Shown: positions 39,100 to 48,624 of the stretch, in pieces
Layout of the letters: the number at the start of each line of letters is the position of its first letter
Position numbering within the stretch: the stretch's first letter is position 1
NCBI RefSeq assembly: GCF_964355755.1
Contig: NC_092675.1
Coordinates: 14,852,912-14,916,911 of the forward strand
Source: Antedon mediterranea
Taxonomy: Eukaryota > Animalia > Echinodermata
Length of the DNA: 64,000 nucleotides
Direction: 5' to 3'
The notes under the pieces: model-generated
The model's input: only the letters and a program-made list of their open reading frames with translations
Databases searched by the model: none
Told to the model about the DNA's origin: nothing
Program-made: the position numbers and the translations under genes

Positions 39100-39485
39100 A
39101 ATATTTTACATGAATTCACATCAACAACTTATCCACTTCCATAATAATGGAAAGATTAAACGAGTACTTACCTAAGTATGAAGTTTGGTCTTCATTTCAT
39201 GAAGTAATGGTAGTGGGTAGAGATTATGTGAGATACGAGCCTAGCGCATGCGTAAAGCAGATTTGAACTTGAGATAATACCACAGAGTAATAAACACCAA
39301 TTAAACGATGAAATTTAAATGTTTTATGCGAAGGTAAAGGGTGGGCGAGGACGGGCACATAATCTCTACCCACACCATTACTTCATGAAATGAAGACCAA
39401 ACTTCATACTTAGGTAAGTACTCGTTTAATCTTTCCATTATTATGGAAGTGGATAAGTTGTTGATGTGAATTCATGTAAAATATT
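39100..39485. repeat. Long near-perfect inverted repeat (about 130-bp arms, about 125-bp spacer)
   Basis: 39100-39230 is the reverse complement of 39356-39485 apart from a 2-nt indel. Confidence 0.9.
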
Positions 39486-40639
39486 ACAAGATTATTGTGA
39501 GATATTGAAAGCTACTCTGTGGTCATCTCACCAACAATAAACCGTAACAGAAAAACACTACCGTATATTTCGGTGTATAAGTCGCACCTGTGTATAAGAC
39601 GCACCCCCTAACTGAGAGTAAAATATCGGTATTTTTTATATCGTCGATGTATAAGACGCACTTTATATTTTATCAAAACAATGTTTTTTTTTAATTCTAA
39701 TCAATATTATTGTTGTAATAATATATTTTGTTATATCTACAACGGCGTCCTTTATTTAGGTTTTTTCTTACCAGGCTCGGCCGCGCCCAGCCTCAACAAG
39801 TTGTTTCTAACTTGTTATTCATGAGTTTCGCACCTGCAACATCAAGTGCATGACCGTGTGTGTAACACGCACGTGTGTAGGCTAGCCTACCTCGACATCG
39901 ATCATTTCGAGAGGGCGCACGTTTTCACGGACAATCGTATTCAATTAGTATCTATGTATCCGAGAAGTGTGTACGCTAGGTCCATGCTATAATCACCTGG
40001 AGCGTATCGGGATATTCACCCCCTGGACATTTACCCGGAAAACTACCCCCGCGGAAAACTACCCCCCGGACAACCACCACCTGGACAACTACCCCCTTAG
40101 GACAACTACCCCCTTAGGACAACTACCCCTTTAGGACAACCACCCTCTTAGGACAACAACCCCCTTAGGACAACTATCTCCCCCCCCCCCCCCAACTACC
40201 TCCTGGACCTGGACAATACTCCGAAGGCAAATAATCTTTTAGGACAACTACCTCCGTAGGACAACTAACCCCTGGACAACTAACCCTTGGACAATTACCC
40301 CCTGACAATTGTCAGTCGGACAATTACCCCCTGACAATTGTCAGTCGGACAATTTCTCCCGGCCCCTCAAATAAACGGTGCACATGTCACTCCCATGAAA
40401 CATCATATGGAATAATCGGCGTCTATTTCCATTAGATTATACCCCCTCCCATTGAATAAACAACTTTCTTCCAATAAATGTCCACCTAAAAACCACCTGA
40501 ACAATAAACAGCCCAGGCCGTTTTTTCAATAAATACGATACTTTAAATCTAGCACATCTAGGGTCTAGTGTGCTGTTAAACAGAATAATCGGTTAAAAAC
40601 GGGTGTTTCGAAACTAGAGACCAGAGACCTGACACGAGA

Positions 40640-40910
40640 CCCAATACGAAAAGGGAGACCTAAATATACGAAAAGGGAGACCCCACTATACGAAAAGGGA
40701 GACCCCACTATACGAAAAGGGAGACCCCACTATACGAAAAGGGAGACCCTAATATACGAAAAGGGAGACCTAAATATACGAAAAGGGAGACCAAAAAATA
40801 CGAAAAGGGAGACCCAAATATACGAAATGGGAGACCCAAATATAAGAAATGGGAGACCCAAATATAAGAAAAGGGAGACCACACTATACGAAAAGGGAGA
40901 CCCTAATATA
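40640..40910. repeat. 22-bp minisatellite (tatacgaaaagggagacc+4 nt), about 12 copies
   Basis: Direct tandem repetition visible in the sequence. Confidence 0.9.
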
Positions 40911-40929
40911 TAGTTGTCTACTTTTGGAT

Positions 40930-42281
40930 TGGGGGGGGGGGGTGGTAGTTGTCCTTGGGGTAGTTGTCCTAAGGGAGGGAGATAGTTGTCCTAAGGGAGG
41001 GGGTAGTTGTCCTAAGGTAGTTGTCCTAAGGTAGTTGTCCTAAGGGAGGGGATGGTTGTCCGGGGGTAGTTGTCCTAAGGGAGGGTGTAGTTGTCCGGGG
41101 GTAGTTGTCCGGGGGTAGTTGTCCGGGGGTAGTTGACCGGGGGTAGTTGTCCGGGAAGTAGTTGACCGGGAAGTAGTTGACCGGGAAGTAGTTGACCGGG
41201 GGTAGTTGACCGGGAAGTAGTTGACCGGGAAGTAGTTGACCGGGAAGTAGTTGACCGGGGAGGGTTGACCGAAGGGTAGTTGTCCGGGGGGTAGTTGTCC
41301 GAGGGGTAGTTGTCCGGGGAGTAGTTGTCCGGGGAGTAGTTGTCCGGGGATAGTAGACCGGGAGATAGTTGACCGGTGGATAGTTGACCGGTGGATAGTC
41401 GACCGGTAGATAGTCGACCGGTGGATAGTCGACCGGGGTGTTAGTCGACCGGGGTGTTAGTCGACCGGGGTGTTAGTCGACCGGGGTGTTAGTCGACCGG
41501 GGTGTTAGTCGACCGGGGTGTTAGTCGACCGGGGTGTTAGTCGACCCGGGGGTTAGTCGACCCGGGGGGTTAGTCGACCCGGGGGGTTAGTCGACCCGGG
41601 GGGGTTAGTCGTCCTAAAGGGGTTAGTCGTCCTAAAGGGGTTAGTCGTCCTAAAGGGGTTAGTCGTCCGAAAGGGGTTAGTCGTCCGAAAGGGGTTAGTC
41701 GTCCGAAAGGGGTTAGTCGTCCTAAAGGGGTTAGTCGTCCTACAGGGGTCAGTCGTCCTACAGGGGTCAGTCGTCCTAAGGGGGTCAGTCGTCCTAAGGG
41801 GGTCAGTCGTCCTAAAGGGGTCAGTCGTCCTAAAGGGGTCAGTCGTCCTAAAGGGGTCAGTCGTCCTAAAGGGGTCAGTCGTCCTAAAGGGGTCAGTCGT
41901 CCTAAAGGGGTCAGTCGTCCTAAAGGGGTCAGTCGTCCTAAAGGGGCCAGTCGTCCTAAAGGGGCCAGTCGTCCTAAAGGGGCCAGTCGTCCTAAAGGGG
42001 CCAGTCGTCCTAAAGGGGCCAGTCGTCCTAAAGGGGCCAGTCGTCCTAAAGGGGCCAGTCGTCCTAAAGGGGCCAGTCGTCCTAAAGGGGCCAGTCGTCC
42101 TAAAGGGGCCAGTCGTCCTAAAGGGGCCAGTCGTCCTAAAGGGTTCAGTCGTCCTAAAGGGGTCAGTCGTCCTAAAGGGGTCAGTCGTCCTAAAGGGGTC
42201 AGTCGTCCTAAAGGGGTCAGTCGTCCTAAAGGGGTCAGTCGTCCTAAAGGGGTCAGTCGTCCTAAAGGGGTCAGTCGTCCT
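40930..42281. repeat. G-rich 15-18 bp minisatellite, left part (ggtagttgtccgggg grading into ggggtcagtcgtcctaaa)
   Basis: Tandem array with block-wise variants; source of the spurious RTTDPF ORF. Confidence 0.95.
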
Positions 42282-42434
42282 TTGAAAGGAAATGGGCTTC
42301 ATCTGGTTTAGAGGTACATAAACAACTGTACCACAGCGAATGCAACACATACAAACAGTTACTTGAAAAGTCGAAGACCGACTTCCACAGATGTCAAGTA
42401 TCAAAGTGTGAGCAGGGCAAGCTATTTAACCTGA

Positions 42435-44192
42435 TTGACAATCTCACTTCAGCAAATCATAAAGCAGATTCTTCCTCTACATGAGTCTTCAGAGGATATG
42501 GCTTGTCAATTTTCTGAATTCTTTCGTGATAAGATTCATAAAGTTAAAATTGAACTCGAGAATGACCCTTACAGTGTCGGTAGTGTACATGATAAAAAGG
42601 CTGATGTACACTCTTTCAATACTTTTGCTAATGTGTCTCACGAGGATCTACGCAAGATAATAATGGCTTCCAAATCATCTACCTGTCCTCTAGATCCTAT
42701 ACCATCAAAGCTTTTGAAGGAATGTCTCGATGAACTCATTCCCACCATATGTGACATTGTCAACAGATCACTATCATGTGGAACAGTTCCTGATATCTTC
42801 AAGGCTGCACATTTAACACCACATATTAAGAAACTCTCTTTAGACCCAGAAATATTGAAGAATTACCGTCCAATCTCCAATCTATCTTTCATTTCAAAAA
42901 TACTTGAGAGATGTGTTGCCGCTCAGTTAACTAAACATCTTGTAACAAATGACCTGCACGGCAAGAGACAATCAGCCTATCGTAAACACCATTCTACTGA
43001 AACCTCTCTGATTCGTGTCATTAATGATTTACTTCGCGCTGTTGATGTACACAGTGAAGCAGTACTAGTGTTACTTGATCTAACTGCAGCATTTGATACC
43101 ATAAATCACAAAATATTACTGCAGAGACTATCAAATCGGTATGGAGTCGATGGCACAGTTCTCAAGTGGTTTCAATCATACATGCTCAACCGCACTCAAT
43201 CCGTTGCTATTAAAGAGTCAACATCGAATCCGTCTCCGCTACTGGATGGTGTTCCACAGGGGTCTGTACTGGGCCCTCTGTGTTTCACGCTTTATACATC
43301 GCCATTAGAAGATATTGTTAGTTCTTATGATGGAGTTGAGCTGATGGTGTACGCGGATGATACACAACTGTATATGATGTTTAATCCTTTGCAAACAGAT
43401 AGTGCTATTTCACAACTTGAATCTTGCATCCAAGAAGTCAAGAAATGGATGGTAGTCAATAAACTCAAACTTAATAGCAGCAAAACAGAGGTACTTCACA
43501 TCACCTCCCGGTTTTTGCGGAACAGTAACAAAATTGACCAAATTCAGGTTGGCTCGGAGTTCGTTCTAACGGTTCCTTCTGCACGCAATCTTGGCATTAC
43601 AATCGACAACAAGCTAAGTATGTCGGGACACATTAATAATATCTGCAAGTCAGCTAACTTTGCGCTCAGGAAAATCGGTCAAGTTCGCAAGTACCTTGAT
43701 AGAGCATCTGCTAAAAAGCTCATTCACGCGTTTGTTAGCTCGCGTCTTGACTGTTGCAACAGTCTTTTATGTGGCTTACCTGACTATGAGATTGCAAAAC
43801 TCCAGCTAGTTCAAAACACTGCTGCAAGGATGATCACTTTGACTAAAAAGTGGCACAGTATTACACCGGTGTTGAAAGAGCTTCACTGGCTGCCAGTGTG
43901 TAAGAGAATAACGTTTAAAATCTCGCTGATCACTTACAAAGCGTTACATGGGCTTGCCCCTGATTATATTCGCGAGCTCATTTCTGAATACATCCCGTCG
44001 CGCTCTTTAAGGTCTGGTGATCAATTTCTTCTAACATTACCAAAATCATCCACTGCTTATGGTAGAAGGTCTTTTGCAGCAATAGCACCTTCATTATGGA
44101 ACAAACTTCCACTCTTTGTGAGACTTGCTCCTTCAGTCAGTATTTTTAAATCACGACTGAAAGCCCATCTGTTCTCATCCGGTATTAATTAA
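42435..44192 (+). CDS. LINE (L2 clade) reverse transcriptase, partial ORF2 lacking the endonuclease
   Basis: Motifs NYRPISNLSFISKILE, QSAYRKHHSTETSL, LLDLTAAFDTINH, GVPQGSVLGP, YADDTQLY, ITPVLKELHWLPV. The listed start is not a real start: the upstream frame joins through a frameshift near 42455-42470. Confidence 0.92.
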   Translation: MTISLQQIIKQILPLHESSEDMACQFSEFFRDKIHKVKIELENDPYSVGSVHDKKADVHSFNTFANVSHEDLRKIIMASKSSTCPLDPIPSKLLKECLDELIPTICDIVNRSLSCGTVPDIFKAAHLTPHIKKLSLDPEILKNYRPISNLSFISKILERCVAAQLTKHLVTNDLHGKRQSAYRKHHSTETSLIRVINDLLRAVDVHSEAVLVLLDLTAAFDTINHKILLQRLSNRYGVDGTVLKWFQSYMLNRTQSVAIKESTSNPSPLLDGVPQGSVLGPLCFTLYTSPLEDIVSSYDGVELMVYADDTQLYMMFNPLQTDSAISQLESCIQEVKKWMVVNKLKLNSSKTEVLHITSRFLRNSNKIDQIQVGSEFVLTVPSARNLGITIDNKLSMSGHINNICKSANFALRKIGQVRKYLDRASAKKLIHAFVSSRLDCCNSLLCGLPDYEIAKLQLVQNTAARMITLTKKWHSITPVLKELHWLPVCKRITFKISLITYKALHGLAPDYIRELISEYIPSRSLRSGDQFLLTLPKSSTAYGRRSFAAIAPSLWNKLPLFVRLAPSVSIFKSRLKAHLFSSGIN

Positions 44193-44218
44193 CTTATTCA
44201 TTCATTCATTTATTCCTT

Positions 44219-44484
44219 CCCCGAAACCTTGACTCAGAAATACCGGGATGGTGTCCGGCGGGGGATAGTTTAACCCTAGCTTAAGTTGTGCATGCTTCAT
44301 TTACTCTCTATTCTTAATTCTGGCCCCGAAACCTTTACTCAGAAATACCGGGATGGTGTCCGGCGGGGAATAGTTTTACCTTAGTTAAGCTTTGTTACAT
44401 TTTTTTTTTTCACATTATTGATTGTCTCCATCCCCGAAACCTCGACTAAGAAATACCGGAATGGTGTCTGGCGGGGGATAGTTT
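44219..44484 (+). repeat. Three spaced copies of a roughly 53-nt GC-rich motif in the L2 3' UTR
   Basis: ccccgaaacct..act.agaaataccgg.atggtgtc.ggcgggg.atagttt at about 44219, 44323 and 44432. Confidence 0.85.
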
Positions 44485-44581
44485 ATAACCATTAGTTAAG
44501 GTCCTATGTAAAGCACCTAGAGGGGTCAGTGATCCATTAGGCGCTATATAAGTACTGTTTATTATTATTATTATTATTATT

Positions 44582-45300
44582 AAAGGGGTTAGTCGTCCTA
44601 AAGGGGTTAGTCGTCCTAAAGGGGTTAGTCGTCCTAAAGGGGTTAGTCGTCCTAAAGGGGTTAGTCGTCCTAAAGGGGTTAGTCGTCCTAAAGGGGTTAG
44701 TCGTCCTAAAGGGGTTAGTCGTCCTAAAGGGGTTAGTCGTCCTAAAGGGGTTAGTCGTCCTAAAGGGGTTAGTCGTCCTAAAGGGGTTGGTCGTCCTAAA
44801 GGGGTCGGTCGTCCTAAAGGGGTTGGTCGTCCTAAAGGGGTTAGTCGTCCTAAAGGGGTTAGTCGCCCTAAAGGGGTTAGTCGCCCTAAAGGCGTTAGTC
44901 GCCCTAAAGGCGTTAGTCGCCCTAAAGGCGTTAGTCGCCCTAAAGACGTTAGTCGCCCTAAAGGGGTTAGTCGCCCTAAAGGGGTTAGTCGCCCTAAAGG
45001 GGTTAGTCGCCCTAAAGGGGTTAGTCGCCCTAAAGGGGTTAGTCGCCCTAAAGGGGTTAGTCGCCCTAAAGGGGTTAGTCGCCCTAAAGGGGGTAGTCGC
45101 CCTAAAGGGGGTAGTCGCCCTAAAGGGGGTAGTCGCCCTAAAGGGGGTAGTCGCCCTAAAGGGGGTAGTCGCCCTAAAGGGGGTAGTCGCCCTAAAGGGG
45201 GTAGTCGCCCTAAAGGGGGTAGTCGTCCTAAAGGGGGTAGTCGTCCTAAAGGGGGTAGTCGTCCTAAGGGGTTAGTCGTCCTAAGGGGGTAGTGGTCCGG
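44582..45300. repeat. 18-bp minisatellite, right part (ggggttagtcgtcctaaa and variants)
   Basis: About 40 tandem copies; source of the spurious LGRLTP and GLVALK ORFs. Confidence 0.95.
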
Positions 45301-46809
45301 GTGGCGATTTTTTTTTTCGTACATAAGTTGGGGACCCCTCATGAAACGTCACAAAATAAACATGAATAATTCATCAGTTTAATTTGTTGTTTCGTGTGCA
45401 CCCAAGCGTATAGCAACAAGAAGTGATTACACAACTGCGATACGATACTTTCTACAGTAGGCCTAGGATTCTAAGTCAATTCACGTGATTGCCTTCGCGC
45501 ACTCTTCTTCACACAAAATGTGTCGAGTCGAGGCTAATCGACAGCTAGGCAAGACATTAAACTAAGTAGTAATTCATTGGACATAGCCCAAAGAAAGCTT
45601 AGACCCACAAGAATAAAGAATGTGTATAATTTGTGTAATGTATTTTTTTAATTCTGCTATTTTATTATCAAACACAATATGCATGTACTCAAAGGAACTT
45701 TAAAAATGCGCGTATATGAACACATGAGATGGGAAGATTTGACCCACGAGAATAAAAAATGTATTTTTCTGTAATGTTTATTGTTTAATTTTGCTGACTT
45801 ATTACTCGGATTGTGTCATACCAAAGATAGTTACACTATCTTTGGTCATACAACACACACACGTCACACACACCCACACAGCTACTACTAGAATAGACAT
45901 GGGTTTAGAGACTAATAATTAGGCCTAATAGTATTAATAGAAACTATAATTTTAACACGTAATTCTTTAGTAATGAATTATATTAAAAACACCATAAACT
46001 AAAGGCTGATTATTTCGACAATCCACACAAAACGCCGCTATTCTGCTATGAAATCGCACGCCGCAACAACAGCGGAGATAGGCCTAGAATCGTACCGCAC
46101 TTGTGTAATCACTTCTTGTTGCTATACGCTTGGGTGCACACGGAACAAGAAAATTTAACTGATGAATTATTCATGTTTATTTTGTGACGTTTCATGAGGG
46201 GGGTCCCCAACTTATGTACGAAAAAAAAAATCGCGTCCGGGTGGTAAACATCCGGGGGGTAACTGTCTAGGGGTAGGTGTTCTAGAACCACCTGGAGAAT
46301 ATACTAGTCGAATACCATACACCATGTGGCCGGCCGCCAAGAAGGCTTGCGCTGGGGGTACGGCGGTCGGCGATTGTGCGTATAAAAATAAATACTATTC
46401 CAATCGTAAACGTTTACAAATGAAATTTTTTTTTAATTTTATCTTTTCATCATATTTAGTATAACATCACGCTAAAATGCCTTGAAAACTAGGCAGAAGC
46501 AGGTTTCCGTTACGTTAGTACACTGTAGCTAGGCCTAACCTACTCAGGCCTATTAACGATATGTACAATCTGTGTGGTGAGGCATATATGTCCGGTGTAT
46601 AAGACGCACCCTTAATTTAGAGGTCAAATTTGCGTGTCAAAAGTGCAAGTTATATACACCGAAATATACGGTATACAACTTTTCTTTTTTTAATGAATGT
46701 CCATTTCAATTTATTCATCAAAGATCAACCAATTCAAAACAACACTAAAACATGCTTCAACAGAAATCTGTATGCAAAACCAATCTTTACATAACATTGC
46801 GGTCTTCAA

Positions 46810-47135
46810 AATTCAACATAATCATTCTCAATAATCATATTATCTATACGTAGTAGATGAACTGTCTGGATTCGGCTGGCTGTAATCAGTGTTAAGGCTA
46901 CAAGTTTATAAGTTAAATCCCGTCCTGAGCTGACAAGTAGGCTGTAATGTTCGAAGATATTTCAGCAAATCACCTACATTCCATATATCATTATATCTTG
47001 GTTGAGGTGGTTTAAGATTAAATACGCCTTTCATAAATCTGGACACTAATGGATGATTAATAATTGGGATATTCCCCTCAAGAGTAACAAAAGACGATAA
47101 TGCACTCCTTGCTGTATTGAGTGCACTAACCTATC
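46810..47135 (-). pseudogene. Tyrosine recombinase fragment of a DIRS-like retrotransposon
   Basis: Minus strand reads SALNTARSALSSFVTLEGNIPIINHPLVSRFMKGVFNLKPPQPRYNDIWNVGDLLKYL and, after a frameshift, DLTYKLVALTLITASRIQTVHLLRIDNM, as recalled for DIRS YR core-binding and first catalytic-Arg regions. Confidence 0.75.
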
Positions 47136-47149
47136 CCACTTCACTTTTC

Positions 47150-47670
47150 TTCACTCTATAGTTCACTATGTCTGTCGGTTCCTCTGTCGGTCTGGTATCA
47201 CTATGCGTTTTATCGCTTTTCTGTACTTTTTGAACTGTTTTGATGTCAACATGTGGGCATTTACGTGAAATTGTGCACCTCCTATTGTGAATGACGTTTG
47301 AGTTGCGCAACGTGATTTACGCGCGATTTAACGATTTTCTTGTATTTAACATAGGTCAAAAACCAAATAACATTTTAAATTGAAACTTTGCAAAAGTTTA
47401 ATTTATATCGGGCGCTAACTTTCTGTTGAAAAAAAATGTGTGTTTTACTCAATGTTACGCGCGCACGCGCATTTAAAATTTTAAAATGCACAAAATTATT
47501 TTTTAATTTTTTTGATGAAAAAGTTAAAAAAATCGTCAAAATTATGCCTTTTTAGTCGCGTGGACGCGACTCTATAGTTCACTATGTCGGTCGGTCTGTC
47601 TGTCGGTCTGTCTGTCAGTCCGGTATCACTATGCATTGTAGCACGCGACTTAATGGCTGTTGGCCTTGTT
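47150..47670 (+). mobile_element. Mixed HINE/DINE-1-like fragments, including a mini element at about 47550-47670
   Basis: ttttagtcgcgtggacgcgact 5' hairpin, GTCY microsatellite, 3' acgcgactt + ggctgttggcc hairpin; family A body fragment at 47243-47550. Confidence 0.65.
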
Positions 47671-48043
47671 TTAATATCTCTTTTTTTTTTTTGCTGACTT
47701 GATCTACACAGAATATGAAAAGGAATATAGAGGCCTAAATTGCTACTACAGAATTTTTTATCGCATAATTTATTTTTCTGGTGTTGTAGACAACAATTAC
47801 CAATTAAGGCACACATTTTACTGATCGAAAAACAAGAATTGCCATTAGTTGTACAGTTCAGTGTGCATATAGGAAACAATTTGAAGCATGGTAGACTGTG
47901 ACGACAGCTTCCACACTAATATTGCATGCATGATTAACCATGTTTATAGCCTAAAACTATTAAGAGCCTCCTGTAGACAGAGTTCCTATATCATTAATAA
48001 AAAAGCTTATTGTCATTTCTTTACAGTATCTACTGAACTAACA

Positions 48044-48119
48044 ATGATTGAGCAAATCAGACAACTAAAACTTAATCTTAATGAATTTCTTGAAACAACG
48101 TTACACTCACTTAAAAAAG
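48044..48119 (+). CDS. AGL: Glycogen debranching enzyme, coding exon 1
   Basis: MIEQIRQLKLNLNEFLETTLHSLKK(G) resembles the AGL N-terminus ([23 protein letters not shown]); acceptor ttacag at 48026, donor gtaaat at 48120; 76 nt, phase 1. Confidence 0.85.
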
Positions 48120-48401
48120 GTAAATTCTTATTTAAAGTGTACAACAATTAATAACCATTTTGCTATCACAATTTTAGTGACTGCAGTGATCATACACTAA
48201 ACAGAAGTAACTACAGTATACAATACTCATGGCACTACTGATACTTCATGAAATGTATTCCTCAACAAAAATGATGTAATTACTCTTGATGCCATGGCAT
48301 CATGGTTACTCTCTGGATGCCATTTGAGTTTTTACTCGCAATGCTAAACAAATCTTTATGGGCTCCCGGGTTAATTGTTTGTTATCTTCCTTTTTTTTTA
48401 G

Positions 48402-48624
48402 GTTGGATTTTACATTTTGTTCTTGGATCTGCTTTACAAGCAAGTAAAGTACGTGTTTTTACCAATCATCCACCTGATTCATCTAAGACTTTCAATCGCA
48501 ATGAATTTTATGAGTTGAATTGGGCCAGCAATGTGAAGTCAAAATGTGACACCTCCGACAACTTCTGTCCATTGCTCATACGTCAAGCTGGTTCTTACCA
48601 ATATTATTTTACGCATCAAGATGG
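48402..48624 (+). CDS. AGL: Glycogen debranching enzyme, coding exon 2
   Basis: GWILHFVLGSALQASKVRVFTNHP...FNRNEFYELNW...DTSDNFCPLLIRQAGSYQYYF; poly-T + AG at 48401, donor gtaact at 48625; phase 1 in, phase 2 out. Confidence 0.92.

Larger units (their letters stand above)
42282..44581 (+). mobile_element. 5'-truncated L2-clade LINE inserted in the minisatellite
   Basis: Begins mid-ORF2 (ERKWASSGLEVH...); RT ORF to 44192; 3' UTR with terminal tgtaaagcac...ggcgctatataa stem-loop and (att)n tail; the satellite resumes in register on both sides. Confidence 0.92.
40003..46289. mobile_element. Foldback/Mutator-like composite element with minisatellite arms
   Basis: Flanked by a direct duplication (c)acctggag (39994-40002; 46289-46297); C-rich ggacaactacccc repeats at left, complementary G-rich repeats internally and at the right end. 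Confidence 0.75.
39561..46671. mobile_element. Tc1/mariner-superfamily (Tc2/pogo-like) MITE hosting a 6.3-kb insertion
   Basis: TA|ccgtatatttcggtgtata ... tatacaccgaaatatacgg|TA: perfect 19-bp TIR, TA duplication, subterminal gtgtataagacgcac repeats at both ends. Confidence 0.85.

Noticed and set aside
41553-42404. 283-aa ORF of RTTDPF repeats
   Set aside because: Translation of an 18-bp minisatellite that happens to lack stops; no sign of a real gene.
41590-45300. Possible interstitial telomeric repeat (ggggttag)
   Set aside because: The unit is 18 bp and not tandem TTAGGG; it derives from the transposon arm.
44446-45342. Overlapping repetitive ORFs on both strands (LGRLTP and GLVALK repeats, superficially LRR-like)
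   Set aside because: Same 18-bp satellite; open frames on both strands follow from a unit length divisible by three.
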